Positions 24,800 to 40,100 of a stretch of DNA of 64,000 bases are shown piece by piece (positions within the stretch are counted from its first letter, which is position 1; each line of letters opens with the position of its first letter). The notes beneath the pieces are model-generated. The model was not told where the DNA came from. It did not search any database and worked only from the letters and a program-made list of their open reading frames with translations. Origin of the DNA: the human T2T-CHM13v2.0 reference genome, Homo sapiens; assembly GCF_009914755.1 (NCBI RefSeq), contig NC_060947.1; one strand, written 5' to 3'. A program made the position numbers and the translations under genes.

Positions 24800-27700
24800 A
24801 TGCTTCTGTTTAGTTTTTATGTGAAGATGATCCCGTTTCCAGTGAAATCTTCAAAGAGGTCCACATATCCCCTTGCAGATTCCAAAGAAAGAGGGTTTCA
24901 AAACTGCTCCATCAGAAGGATTGTTCAACTCTGTGAGTTGAATGCAGTCATCGCAGAAAACTTTCTGAGAATGCTTCTGTCTAGGTTTGATGTGAAGATA
25001 TAGACGTTTCAAACGAAGGCTACAAAGTGGTCAAAATATACACTTGCAGATTCTACTACAAGGGTGTTGCAAACCTGAACTATCAAAGGAAGGTTCAACT
25101 CTGTGAGTTGAATACAAACATCACAAAGAATGTTCTGAGTTTGCTTCCGTTCAGTTATGGGAAGTTGATCCCGTTTCCAACGAAATCCTCAGAGAGGTCC
25201 AAATATCCCCTTGCAGATTCTACAAAACGTGTGTTTGGAAACTGCTCCATCATAACGAATGTTCAGCTCCCTGAGTTAAACTCCATCGTCACAAAGAATT
25301 TTCTGAGAGTGCTACCGTCTGGTTTTTATATGAAGTTCTTTCCTTCACTACCACTGGCCTCAAAGCGGTCCAAATCTCCACTTGCAGATTCTACAAAAAG
25401 AGTGTTTGCAAACTGCTCTATCAAAAGGAATGTTCAACTCTGGGAGTTGAATGCAATCATCACAGAGCAGTTTCTGAGAATGCTTCTATGTCGTTTTTAG
25501 GAGAAGATATTTCCTTTTCCAACACAGTCCTCCAAGCCCGCTAAATAGCCACTTGCACATTGTAGAAAAAGTGTGTCAAAGCTGCGCTATCAAAGGGAAA
25601 GTTCAACTCTGTGAGGTGAATGCAAACATCCCAAAGAAGTTTCTGAGAATGCTTCCGTTTAGCTTTTAGGTGAAGATTATCCCGTTTCCAACGAAACCTT
25701 CAAAGAGGTCCAAATATCCCCTTGCGGATCCCACAGAAAGAGTGTTTCGAAACTGCTGTTTCAAAAGGAATCTTCAACTCTGTGAGTTGAATGCAATCAT
25801 CACAAAGAAGTTTCTGACAATGCTTCTCTCTCGTCTTTCTGTGAAGATAAAGGAAAAGGCTTTCAGGCCTTTTCCACCACAGGCCTGAAAGCGCTCCAAA
25901 TGTCCACTTGCAGATTCTGCGAAAAGAATATTTCAAAACTGCTCTATGAAAAGCAATGGTAAACTCTGTGGCTCGAACACAAACATCACAAAGCGGTTTC
26001 TGAGAATGCTTCAGTTTAGTTTTTCTGTGGAAATATTCCCGTTTCCAAAGAAATCTTCAAAGAGGTCCACGTATCCACTTACAGATTCTACAAAAAGACA
26101 GTTTCAAAACTGCTCCATCAAAAGGAGGGTTCAACTGTGTGACTTGAATGCAATCATCACTCAGAAGTTTCTGAGAATGCTTCTCTTTAGTTTTTACGTG
26201 AACATATACCCGTTTCGAACGAAGGCCACCCAGTGGTCCAAATATCCACTTGCAGATTATACAGAAAGAGTGTTTCGAACCTGAACTCTCAAAGGCAGGT
26301 TCATCTCTGCGAGTTAAATGCATTCATCATGAAGAACTTTCTCAGAGTGTTTGTGTTTAGTTATGGGAAATTATTCCCTTTTCCAACGAAATCCTCAGAG
26401 AGCTCCAAATATCCACCTGCAGATTCTACCAAAAGTGTATTTGGAAACTGCTCCATCAAAAGGCATGTTCAGCTCTGTGAGTGAAACTCCATCATCACAA
26501 AGAATATTCTGAGAATGCTTCCGTTTGCCTTTTATATGAAGTTCCTTCCTGTACTACCGTAGGCCTCAAAGCAGTCCAAATCTCCATTTGCAGATTCTAC
26601 AAAAAGAGTGATTCCAATCTGCTCTATCAATAGGATTGTTCAACTCCATGAGTTGAATGCCATCCTCACAAAGTCGTTTCTGAGAATGCTTCTATCTAGT
26701 TTTTATGTGAAGATATTTCCTTTTCCACCACAGGCCTCAAAGCCCTCCAAACGTCCACTTGCAGATTCTCGAAAAGGAGTGTTTCATAGCTGCTCTTTCA
26801 AAAGGAAAGTTCAACTCTGGGAGTTGAATACAAACATCACAAAGTAGTTTCCGAGAATGCTTCTGTTTAGTTTTTATGTGAAGATGATCCCGTTTCCAGT
26901 GAAATCTTCAAAGAGGTCCACATATCCCCTTGCAGATTCCAAAGAAAGAGGGTTTCAAAACTGCTCCATCAGAAGGATTGTTCAACTCTGTGAGTTGAAT
27001 GCAGTCATCGCAGAAAACTTTCTGAGAATGCTTCTGTCTAGGTTTGATGTGAAGATATAGACGTTTCAAACGAAGGCTACAAAGTGGTCAAAATATACAC
27101 TTGCAGATTCTACTACAAGGGTGTTGCAAACCTGAACTATCAAAGGAAGGTTCAACTCTGTGAGTTGAATACAAACATCACAAAGAATGTTCTGAGTTTG
27201 CTTCCGTTCAGTTATGGGAAGTTGATCCCGTTTCCAACGAAATCCTCAGAGAGGTCCAAATATCCCCTTGCAGATTCTACAAAACGTGTGTTTGGAAACT
27301 GCTCCATCATAACGAATGTTCAGCTCCCTGAGTTAAACTCCATCGTCACAAAGAATTTTCTGAGAGTGCTACCGTCTGGTTTTTATATGAAGTTCTTTCC
27401 TTCACTACCACTGGCCTCAAAGCGGTCCAAATCTCCACTTGCAGATTCTACAAAAAGAGTGTTTGCAAACTGCTCTATCAAAAGGAATGTTCAACTCTGG
27501 GAGTTGAATGCAATCATCACAGAGCAGTTTCTGAGAATGCTTCTATGTCGTTTTTAGGAGAAGATATTTCCTTTTCCAACACAGTCCTCCAAGCCCGCTA
27601 AATAGCCACTTGCACATTGTAGAAAAAGTGTGTCAAAGCTGCGCTATCAAAGGGAAAGTTCAACTCTGTGAGGTGAATGCAAACATCCCAAAGAAGTTTC

Positions 27701-30700
27701 TGAGAATGCTTCCGTTTAGCTTTTAGGTGAAGATTATCCCGTTTCCAACGAAACCTTCAAAGAGGTCCAAATATCCCCTTGCGGATCCCACAGAAAGAGT
27801 GTTTCGAAACTGCTGTTTCAAAAGGAATCTTCAACTCTGTGAGTTGAATGCAATCATCACAAAGAAGTTTCTGACAATGCTTCTCTCTCGTCTTTCTGTG
27901 AAGATAAAGGAAAAGGCTTTCAGGCCTTTTCCACCACAGGCCTGAAAGCGCTCCAAATGTCCACTTGCAGATTCTGCGAAAAGAATATTTCAAAACTGCT
28001 CTATGAAAAGCAATGGTAAACTCTGTGGCTCGAACACAAACATCACAAAGCGGTTTCTGAGAATGCTTCAGTTTAGTTTTTCTGTGGAAATATTCCCGTT
28101 TACAAAGAAATCTTCAAAGAGGTCCACGTATCCACTTACAGATTCTACAAAAAGACAGTTTCAAAACTGCTCCATCAAAAGGAGGGTTCAACTGTGTGAC
28201 TTGAATGCAATCATCACTCAGAAGTTTCTGAGAATGCTTCTCTTTAGTTTTTACGTGAACATATACCCGTTTCGAACGAAGGCCACCCAGTGGTCCAAAT
28301 ATCCACTTGCAGATTATACAGAAAGAGTGTTTCGAACCTGAACTCTCAAAGGCAGGTTCATCTCTGCGAGTTAAATGCATTCATCATGAAGAACTTTCTC
28401 AGAGTGTTTGTGTTTAGTTATGGGAAATTATTCCCTTTTCCAACGAAATCCTCAGAGAGCTCCAAATATCCACCTGCAGATTCTACCAAAAGTGTATTTG
28501 GAAACTGCTCCATCAAAAGGCATGTTCAGCTCTGTGAGTGAAACTCCATCATCACAAAGAATATTCTGAGAATGCTTCCGTTTGCCTTTTATATGAAGTT
28601 CCTTCCTGTACTACCGTAGGCCTCAAAGCAGTCCAAATCTCCATTTGCAGATTCTATAAAAAGAGTGATTCCAATCTGCTCTATCAATAGGATTGTTCAA
28701 CTCCATGAGTTGAATGCCATCCTCACAAAGTAGTTTCTGAGAATGCTTCTATCTGGTTTTTGTGTGAAGATATTTCCTTTTCCACCACAGGCCTCAAAGC
28801 CCTCCAAACGTCCACTTGCAGATTCTCGAAAAAGAGTGTTTCATAGCTGCTCTTTCAAAAGGAAAGTTCAACTCTGGGAGTTGAATACAAACATCACAAA
28901 GTAGTTTCCGAGAATGCTTCTGTTTAGTTTTTATGTGAAGATGATCCCGTTTCCAGTGAAATCTTCAAAGAGGTCCACATATCCCCTTGCAGATTCCAAA
29001 GAAAGAGGGTTTCAAAACTACTCCATCAATAGGATTGTTCAACTCTGTGAGTTGAATGCAGTCATCGCAGAAAACTTTCTGAGAATGCTTCTGTCTAGGT
29101 TTGATGTGAAGATATAGACGTTTCAAATGAAGGCTACAAAGTGGTCAAAATATACACTTGCAGATTCTACTACAAGGGTGTTGCAAACCTGAACTATCAA
29201 AGGAAGGTTCAACTCTGTGAGTTGAATACAAACATCACAAAGAATGTTCTGAGTTTGCTTCCGTTCAGTTATGGGAAGCTGATCCCGTTTCCAACGAAAT
29301 CCTCAGAGAGGTCCAAATATCCCCTTGCAGATTCTACAAAACGTGTGTTTGGAAACTGCTCCATCATAACGAATGTTCAGCTCCCTGAGTTAAACTCCAT
29401 CGTCACAAAGAATTTTCTGAGAGTGCTACCGTCTGGTTTTTATATGAAGTTCTTTCCTTCACTACCACTGGCCTCAAAGCGGTCCAAATCTCCACTTGCA
29501 GATTCTACAAAAAGAGTGTTTGCAAACTGCTCTATCAAAAGGAATGTTCAACTCTGGGAGTTGAATGCAATCATCACAGAGCAGTTTCTGAGAATGCTTC
29601 TATGTCGTTTTTAGGAGAAGATATTTCCTTTTCCAACACAGTCCTCCAAGTCCGCTAAATAGCCACTTGCACATTGTAGAAAAAGTGTGTCAAAGCTGCG
29701 CTATCAAAGGGAAAGTTCAACTCTGAGAGGTGAATGCAAACATCCCAAAGAAGTTTCTGAGAGTGCTTCCGTTTAGCTTTTAGGTGAAGATTATCCCGTT
29801 TCCAACGAAACCTTCAAAGAAGTCCAAATATCCCCTTGCGGATCCCACAGAAAGAGTGTTTCGAAACTGCTGTTTCAAAAGGAATCTTCAACTCTGTGAG
29901 TTGAATGCAATCATCACAAAGAAGTTTCTGACAATGCTTCTCTCTCGTCTTTCTGTGAAGATAAATAAATGCTTTCAGGCCTTTGCCACCACAGGCCTGA
30001 AAGCGCTCCAAATGTCCACTTGCAGATTCTGCGAAAAGAATATTTCAAAACTGCTTTGTGAAAAGCAATGTTAAACTCTGTGGCTCGAACACAAACATCA
30101 CAAAGCGGTTTCTGAGAATGCTTCAGTTTAGTTTTTCTGTGGAAATATTCCCGTTTCCAAAGAAATCTTAAAGAGGTCCACGTATCCACTTACAGATTCT
30201 ACAAAAAGACAGTTTCAAAACTGCTCCATCAAAAGGAGGGTTCAACTGTGTGACTTGAATGCAATCATCACTCAGAAGTTTCTGAGAATGCTTCTCTTTA
30301 GTTTTTACGTGAACATATACCCGTTTCGAACGAAGGCCACCCAGTGGTCCAAATATCCACTTGCAGATTCTACAGAAAGAGTGTTTCGAACCTGAACTCT
30401 CAAAGGCAGGTTCATCTCTGCGAGTTAAATGCATTCATCATGAAGAACTTTCTCAGAGTGTTTGTGTTTAGTTATGGGAAATTATTCCCGTTTCCAACGA
30501 AATCCTCAGAGAGCTCCAAATATCCACCTGCAGATTCTACCAAAAGTGTATTTGGAAACTGCTCCATCAAAAGGCATGTTCAGCTCTGTGAGTGAAACTC
30601 CATCATCACAAAGAATATTCTGAGAATGCTTCCGTTTGCCTTTTATCTGAAGTTCCTTCCTATACGACCGTAGGCCTCAAAGCAGTCCAAATCTCCATTT

Positions 30701-33700
30701 GCAGATTCTACAAAAAGAGTGATTCCAATCTGCTCTATCAATAGGATTGTTCAACTCCATGAGTTGAATGCCATCCTCACAAAGTCGTTTCTGAGAATGC
30801 TTCTATCTAGTTTTTATGTGAAGATATTTCCTTTTCCACCACAGGCCTCAAAGCCCTCCAAACGTCCACTTGCAGATTCTCGAAAAGGAGTGTTTCATAG
30901 CTGCTCTTTCAAAAGGAAAGTTCAACTCTGGGAGTTGAATACAAACATCACAAAGTAGTTTCCGAGAATGCTTCTGTTTAGTTTTTATGTGAAGATGATC
31001 CCGTTTCCAGTGAAATCTTCAAAGAGGTCCACATATCCCCTTGCAGATTCCAAAGAAAGAGGGTTTCAAAACTGCTCCATCAGAAGGATTGTTCAACTCT
31101 GTGAGTTGAATGCAGTCATCGCAGAAAACTTTCTGAGAATGCTTCTGTCTAGGTTTGATGTGAAGATATAGACGTTTCAAACGAAGGCTACAAAGTGGTC
31201 AAAATATACACTTGCAGATTCTACTACAAGGGTGTTGCAAACCTGAACTATCAAAGGAAGGTTCAACTCTGTGAGTTGAATACAAACATCACAAAGAATG
31301 TTCTGAGTTTGCTTCCGTTCAGTTATGGGAAGTTGATCCCGTTTCCAACGAAATCCTCAGAGAGGTCCAAATATCCCCTTGCAGATTCTACAAAACGTGT
31401 GTTTGGAAACTGCTCCATCATAACGAATGTTCAGCTCCCTGAGTTAAACTCCATCGTCACAAAGAATTTTCTGAGAGTGCTACCGTCTGGTTTTTATATG
31501 AAGTTCTTTCCTTCACTACCACAGGCCTCAAAGCGGTCCAAATCTCCACTTGCAGATTCTACAAAAAGAGTGTTTGCAAACTGCTCTATCAAAAGGAATG
31601 TTCAACTCTGGGAGTTGAATGCAATCATCACAGAGCAGTTTCTGAGAATGCTTCTATGTCGTTTTTAGGAGAAGATATTTCCTTTTCCAACACAGTCCTC
31701 CAAGCCCGCTAAATAGCCACTTGCACATTGTAGAAAAAGTGTGTCAAAGCTGCGCTATCAAAGGGAAAGTTCAACTCTGTGAGGTGAATGCAAACATCCC
31801 AAAGAAGTTTCTGAGAATGCTTCCGTTTAGCTTTTAGGTGAAGATTATCCCGTTTCCAACGAAACCTTCAAAGAGGTCCAAATATCCCCTTGCGGATCCC
31901 ACAGAAAGAGTGTTTCGAAACTGCTGTTTCAAAAGGAATCTTCAACTCTGTGAGTTGAATGCAATCATCACAAAGAAGTTTCTGACAATGCTTCTCTCTC
32001 GTCTTTCTGTGAAGATAAAGGAAAAGGCTTTCAGGCCTTTTCCACCACAGGCCTGAAAGCGCTCCAAATGTCCACTTGCAGATTCTGCGAAAAGAATATT
32101 TCAAAACTGCTCTATGAAAAGCAATGTTAAACTCTGTGGCTCGAACACAAACATCACAAAGCAGTTTCTGAGAATGCTTCAGTTTAGTTTTTCTGTGGAA
32201 ATATTCCCGTTTCCAAAGAAATCTTCAAAGAGGTCCACGTATCCACTTACAGATTCTACAAAAAGACAGTTTCAAAACTGCTCCATCAAAAGGAGGGTTC
32301 AACCGTGTGACTTGAATGCAATCATCACTCAGAAGTTTCTGAGAATGCTTCTCTTTAGTTTTTACGTGAACATATACCCGTTTCGAACGAAGGCCACCCA
32401 GTGGTCCAAATATCCACTTGCAGATTCTACAGAAAGAGTGTTTCGAACCTGAACTCTCAAAGGCAGGTTCATCTCTGCGAGTTAAATGCATTCATCATGA
32501 AGAACTTTCTCAGAGTGTTTGTGTTTAGTTATGGGAAATTATTCCCGTTTCCAACGAAATCCTCAGAGAGCTCCAAATATCCACCTGCAGATTCTACCAA
32601 AAGTGTATTTGGAAACTGCTCCATCAAAAGGCATGTTCAGCTCTGTGAGTGAAACTCCATCATCACAAAGAATATTCTGAGAATGCTTCCGTTTGCCTTT
32701 TATATGAAGTTCCTTCCTGTACTACTGTAGGCCTCAAAGCAGTCCAAATCTCCATTTCCAGATTCTACAAAAAGAGTGATTCCAATCTGCTCTATCAATA
32801 GGATTGTTCAACTCCATGAGTTGAATGCCATCCTCACAAAGCAGTTTCTGAGAATGCTTCTATCTGGTTTTTGTGTGAAGATATTTCCTTTTCCACCACA
32901 GGCCTCAAAGCCCTCCAAACGTCCACTTGCAGATTCTCGAAAAAGAGTGTTTCATAGCTGCTCTTTCAAAAGGAAAGTTCAACTCTGGGAGTTGAATACA
33001 AACATCACAAAATAGTTTCCGAGAATGCTTCTGTTTAGTTTTTATGTGAAGATGATCCCGTTTCCAGTGAAATCTTCAAAGAGGTCCACATATCCCCTTG
33101 CAGATTCCAAAGAAAGAGGGTTTCAAAACTGCTCCATCAGAAGGATTGTTCAACTCTGTGAGTTGAATGCAGTCATCGCAGAAAACTTTCTGAGAATGCT
33201 TCTGTCTAGGTTTGATGTGAAGATATAGACGTTTCAAACGAAGGCTACAAAGTGGTCAAAATATACACTTGCAGATTCTACTACAAGAGTGTTGCAAACC
33301 TGAACTATCAAAGGAAGGTTCAACTCTGTGAGTTGAATACAAACATCACAGAGAATGTTCTGAGTTTGCTTCCGTTCAGTTATGGGAAGTTGATCCCGTT
33401 TCCAACGAAATCCTCAGAGAGGTCCAAATATCCCCTCACAGATTCTACAAAACGTGTGTTTGGAAACTGCTCCATCATAACGAATGTTCAGCTCCCTGAG
33501 TTAAACTCCATCGTCACAAAGAATTTTCTGAGAGTGCTACCGTATGGTTTTTATATGAAGTTCTTTCCTTCACTACCACAGGCCTCAAAGCGGTCCAAAT
33601 CTCCACTTGCAGATTCTACAAAAAGAGTGTTTGCAAACTGCTCTATAAAAAGGAATGTTCAACTCTGGGAGTTGAATGCAATCATCACAGAGCAGTTTCT

Positions 33701-34189
33701 GAGAATGCTTCTATGTCGTTTTTAGGAGAAGATATTTCCTTTTCCAACACAGTCCTCCAAGCCCGCTAAATAGCCACTTGCACATTGTAGAAAAAGTGTG
33801 TCAAAGCTGCGCTATCAAAGGGAAAGTTCAACTCTGTGAGGTGAATGCAAACATCCCAAAGAAGTTTCTGAGAATGCTTCCGTTTAGCTTTTAGGTGAAG
33901 ATTATCCCGTTTCCAACGAAACCTTCAAAGAGGTCCAAATATCCCCTTGCGGATCCCACAGAAAGAGTGTTTCGAAACAGCTGTTTCAAAAGGAATCTTC
34001 AACTCTGTGAGTTGAATGCAATCATCACAAAGAAGTTTCTGACAATGCTTCTCTCTCGTCTTTCTGTGAAGATAAAGGAAAAGGCTTTCAGGCCTTTGCC
34101 ACCACAGGCCTGAAAGCGCTCCAAATGTCCACTTGCAGATTCTGCGAAAAGAATATTTCAAAACTGCTCTATGAAAAGCAATGTTAAAC

Positions 34190-37100
34190 TCTGTGGCTGG
34201 AACACAAACATCACAAAGCTGTTTCTGAGAATGTTTCAGTTTAGTTTTTCTGTGGAAATATTCCCGTTTCCAAAGAAATCTTCAAAGAGGTCCACGTATC
34301 CACTTACAGATTCTACAAAAAGACAGTTTCAAAACTGCTCCATCAAAAGGAGGGTTCAACTGTGTGACTTGAATGCAATCATCACTCAGAAGTTTCTGAG
34401 AATGCTTCTCTTTAGTTTTTACGTGAACATATACCCGTTTCGAACGAAGGCCACCCAGTGGTCCAAATATCCACTTGCAGATTCTACAGAAAGAGTGTTT
34501 CGAACCTGAACTCTCAAAGGCAGGTTCATCTCTGCGAGTTAAATGCATTCATCATGAAGAACTTTCTCAGAGTGTTTGTGTTTAGTTATGGGAAATTATT
34601 CCCGTTTCCAACGAAATCCTCAGAGAGCTGCAAATATCCACCTGCAGATTCTACCAAAAGTGTATTTGGAAACTGCTCCATCAAAAGGCATGTTCAGCTC
34701 TGTGAGTGAAACTCCATCATCACAACGAATATTCTGAGAATGCTTCCGTTTACCTTTTATATGAAGTTCCTTCCTATACGACCGTAGGCCTCAAAGCAGT
34801 CCAAATCTCCATTTGCAGATTCTACAAAAAGAGTGATTCCAATCTGCTCTATCAATAGGATTGTTCAACTCCATGAGTTGAATGCCATCCTCACAAAGTA
34901 GTTTCTGAGAATGCTTCTATCTAGTTTTTATGTGAAGATATTTCCTTTTCCACCACAGGCCTCAAAGCCCTCCAAACGTCCACTTGCAGATTCTCGAAAA
35001 AGAGTGTTTCATAGCTGCTCTTTCAAAAGGAAAGTTCAACTCTGGGAGTTGAATACAAACATCACAAAGTAGTTTCCGAGAATGCTTCTGTTTAGTTTTT
35101 ATGTGAAGATGATCCCGTTTCCAGTGAAATCTTCAAAGAGGTCCACATATCCCCTTGCAGATTGCAAAGAAAGAGGGTTTCAAAACTGCTCCATCAAAAG
35201 GATTGTTCAACTCTGTGAGTTGAATGCAGTCATCGCAGAAAACTTTCTGAGAATGCTTCTGTCTAGGTTTGATGTGAAGATATAGACGTTTCAAATGAAG
35301 GCTACAAAGTGGTCAAAATATACACTTGCAGATTCTACTACAAGGGTGTTGCAAACCTGAACTATAAAAGGAAGGTTCAACTCTGTGAGTTGAATACAAA
35401 CATCACAAAGAATGTTCTGAGTTTGCTTCCGTTCAGTTATGGGAAGTTGATCCCGTTTCCAACGAAATCCTCAGAGAGGTCCAAATATCCCCTTGCAGAT
35501 TCTACAAAACGTGTGTTTGGAAACTGCTCCATCATAACGAATGTTCAGCTCCCTGAGTTAAACTCCATCGTCACAAAGAATTTTCTGAGAGTGCTACCGT
35601 CTGGTTTTTATATGAAGTTCTTTCCTTCACTACCACAGGCCTCAAAGCGGTCCAAATCTCCACTTGCAGATTCTACAAAAAGAGTGTTTGCAAACTGCTC
35701 TATCAAAAGGAATGTTCAACTCTGGGAGTTGAATGCAATCATCACAGAGCAGTTTCTGAGAATGCTTCTATGTCGTTTTTAGAAGATATTTCCTTTTCCA
35801 ACACAGTCCTCCAAGCCCGCTAAATAGCCACTTGCACATTGTAGAAAAAGTGTGTCAAAGCTGCGCTATCAAAGGGAAAGTTCAACTCTGTGAGGTGAAT
35901 GCAAACATCCCAAAGAAGTTTCTGAGAATGCTTCCGTTTAGCTTTTAGGTGAAGATTATCCCGTTTCCAACGAAACCTTCAAAGAGGTCCAAATATCCCC
36001 TTGCGGATCCCACAGAAAGAGTGTTTCGAAACAGCTGTTTCAAAAGGAATCTTCAACTCTGTGAGTTGAATGCAATCATCACAAAGAAGTTTCTGACAAT
36101 GCTTCTCTCTCGTCTTTCTGTGAAGATAAAGGAAAAGGCTTTCAGGCCTTTGCCACCACAGGCCTGAAAGCGCTCCAAATGTCCACTTGCAGATTCTGCG
36201 AAAAGAATATTTCAAAACTGCTCTATGAAAAGCAATGTTAAACTCTGTGGCTCGAACACAAACATCACAAAGCGGTTTTTGAGAATGTTTCAGTTTAGTT
36301 TTTCTGTGGAAATATTCCCGTTTCCAAAGAAATCTTCAAAGAGGTCCACGTATCCACTTACAGATTCTACAAAAAGACAGTTTCAAAACTGCTCCATCAA
36401 AAGGAGGGTTCAACTGTGTGACTTGAATGCAATCATCACTCAGAAGTTTCTGAGAATGCTTCTCTTTAGTTTTTACGTGAACATATACCCGTTTCGAACG
36501 AAGGCCAGCCAGTGGTCCAAATATCCACTTGCAGATTCTACAGAAATAGTGTTTCGAACATGAACTCTCAAAGGCAGGTTCATCTCTGCGAGTTGAATGC
36601 ATTCATCATGAAGAACTTTCTCAGAGTGTTTGTGTTTAGTTATGGGAAATTATTCCCGTTTCCAACGAAATCCTCAGAGAGCTCCAAATATCCACCTGCA
36701 GATTCTACCAAAAGTGTATTTGGAAACTGCTCCATCAAAAGGCATGTTCAGCTCTGTGAGTGAAACTCCATCATCACAAAGAATATTCTGAGAATGCTTC
36801 CGTTTGCCTTTTATATGAAGTTCCTTCCTGTACTACCGTAGGCCTCAAAGCAGTCCAAATCTCCATTTGCAGATTCTACAAAAAGAGTGATTCCAATCTG
36901 CTCTATCAATAGGATTGTTCAACTCCATGAGTTGAATGCCATCCTCACAAAGTAGTTTCTGAGAATGCTTCTATCTGGTTTTTGTGTGAAGATATTTCCT
37001 TTTCCACCACAGGCCTCAAAGCCCTCCAAACGTCCACTTGCAGATTCTCGAAAAAGAGTGTTTCATAGCTGCTCTTTCAAAAGGAAAGTTCAACTCTGGG

Positions 37101-40100
37101 AGTTGAATACAAACATCACAAAATAGTTTCCGAGAATGCTTCTGTTTAGTTCTTATGTGAAGATGATCCCGTTTCCAGTGAAATCTTCAAAGAGGTCCAC
37201 ATATCCCCTTGCAGATTCCAAAGAAAGAGGGTTTCAAAACTGCTCCATCAAAAGGATTGTTCAACTCTGTGAGTTGAATGCAGTCATCGCAGAAAACTTT
37301 CTGAGAATGCTTCTGTCTAGGTTTGATGTGAAGATATAGACGTTTCAAACGAAGGCTACAAAGTGGTCAAAATATACACTTGCAGATTCTACTACAAGGG
37401 TGTTGCAAACCTGAACTATCAAAGGAAGGTTCAACTCTGTGGGTTGAATACAAACATCACAAAGAATGTTCTGAGTTTGCTTCCGTTCAGTTATGGGAAG
37501 TTGATCCCCTTCCCAACGAAATCCTCAGAGAGGTCCAAATATCCCCTTGCAGATTCTACAAAACGTGTGTTTGGAAACTGCTCCATCATAACGAATGTTC
37601 AGCTCTCTGAGTTAAACTCCATCGTCACAAAGAATTTTCTGAGAGTGCTACCGTCTAGTTTTAATATGAAGTTCTTTCCTTTACTACCACAGGCCTCAAA
37701 GCGGTCCAAATCTCCACTTGCAGATTCTACAAAAAGAGTGTCTGCAAACTGCTCTATCAAAAGGAATGTTCAACTCTGGGAGTTGAATGCAATCATCACA
37801 GAGCAGTTTCTGAGAAGGCTTCTATGTCGTTTTTAGGAGAAGATATTTCCTTTTCCAACACAGTCCTCCAAGCCCGCTAAATATCCACTTGCACATTGTA
37901 GAAAAAGTGTGTCGAAGCTGCGCTATCAAAGGGAAAGTTCAACTCTGTGAGGTGAATGCAAACATCCCAAAGAAGTTTCTGAGAATGCTTCCGTTTAGCT
38001 TTTAGGTGAAGATTATCCCGTTTCCAGCGAAAGCTTCAAAGAGGTCCAAATATCCCCTTGCGGATCCCACAGAAAGAGTGTTTCGAAACTGCTGTTTCAA
38101 AAGGAATCTTCAACTCTGTGAGTTGAATGCAATCATCACAAAGAAGTTTCTGACAATGCTTCTCTCTCGTCTTTCTGTGAAGATAAAGGAAAAGGCTTTC
38201 AGGTCTTTTCCACCACAGGTCTGAAAGCGCTCCAAATGTCCACTTGCAGATTCTGCCAAAAGAATATTTCAAAACTGCTCTATGAAAAGCAATGTTAAAC
38301 TCTGCGGCTCGAACACAAACATCACAAAACAGTTTCTGAGAATGCTTCAGTTTAGTTTTTCTGTGGAAATATTCCCGTTTCCAAAGAAATCTTCAAAGAG
38401 GTCCACGTATCCACTTACAGATTCTACAAAAAGACAGTTTCAAAACTGCTCAATCAAAAGGAGGGTTCAACTGTGTGACTTGAATGCAATCATCACTCAG
38501 AAGTTTCTGAGAATGCTTCTCTTTAGTTTTTACGTGAACATATACCCGTTTCGAACGAAGGCCACCCAGTGGTCCAAATATCCACTTGCAGATTCTACAG
38601 AAAGAGTGTTTCGAACCTGAACTCTCAAAGGCAGGTTCATCTCTGCGAGTTAAATGCATTCGTCATGAAGAACTTTCTCAGCGTGTTTGTGTTTAGTTAT
38701 GGGAAATTATTCCCTTTCCCAAAGAAATCCTCAGAGAGGTCCAAATGTCCACCTGCAGATTCTACCAAAAGTGTATTTGGAAACTGCTCCATCAACAGGC
38801 ATGTTCAGCTCTGTGAGTGAAACTCCATCATCACAAAGAATATTCTGAGAATGCTTCCGTTTGCCTTTTATATGAAGTTCCTTCCTATACGACCGTAGGC
38901 CTCAAAGCAGTCCAAATCTCCATTTGCAGATTCTACAAAAAGAGTGATTCCAATCTGCTCTATCAATAGGATTGTTCAACTCCATGAGTTGAATGCCATC
39001 CTCACAAAGTCGTTTCTGAGAATGCTTCTATCTAGTTTTTATGTGAAGATATTTCCTTTTCCACCACAGGCCTCAAAGCCCTCCAAACGTCCACTTGCAG
39101 ATTCTCGAAAAAGAGTGTTTCATAGCTGCTCTTTCAAAAGGAAAGTTCAACTCTGGGAGTTGAATACAAACATCACAAAGTAGTTTCCGAGAATGCTTCT
39201 GTTTAGTTCTTATGTGAAGATGATCCCGTTTCCAGTGAAATCTTCAAAGAGGTCCACATATCCCCTTGCAGATTCCAAAGAAAGAGGGTTTCAAAACTGC
39301 TCCATCAAAAGGATTGTTCAACTCTGTGAGTTGAATGCAGTCATCGCAGAAAACTTTCTGAGAATGCTTCTGTCTAGGTTTGATGTGAAGTTATAGACGT
39401 TTAAAACGAAGGCTACAAAGTGGTCAAAATATACACTTACAGATTCTACTACAAGGGTGTTGCAAACCTGAACTATCAAAGGAAGGTTCAACTCTGTGGG
39501 TTGAATACAAACATCGCAAAGAATGTTCTGAGTTTGCTTCCGTTCAGTTATGGGAAGTTGATCCCGTTTACAACGAAATCCTCAGAGAGGTCCAAATATC
39601 CCCTTGCAGATTCTTCAAAACGTGTGTTTGGAAACTGCTCCATCATAACGAATGTTCAGCTCCCTGAGTTAAACTCCATCGTCACAAAGAATTTTCTGAG
39701 AGTGCTACCGTCTAGTTTTTATATGAAGTTCTTTCCTTTACTACCACAGGCCTCAAAGCGGTCCAAATCTCCACTTGCAGATTCTACAAAAAGAGTGTCT
39801 GCAAACTGCTCTATCAAAAGGAATGTTCAACTCTGGGAATTGAATGCAATCATCACAGAGCAGTTTCTGAGAATGCTTCTATGTCGTTTTTAGGAGAAGA
39901 TATTTCCTTTTCCAACACAGTCTTCCAAGCCCGCTTAATAGCCACTTGCACATTGTAGAAAAAGTGTGTCGAAGCTGCGCTATCAAAGGGAAAGTTCAAC
40001 TCTGTGAGGTGAATGCAAACATCCCAAAGAAGTTTCTGAGAATGCTTCCGTTTAGCTTTTAGGTGAAGATTATCCCGTTTCCAACGAAACCTTCAAAGAG

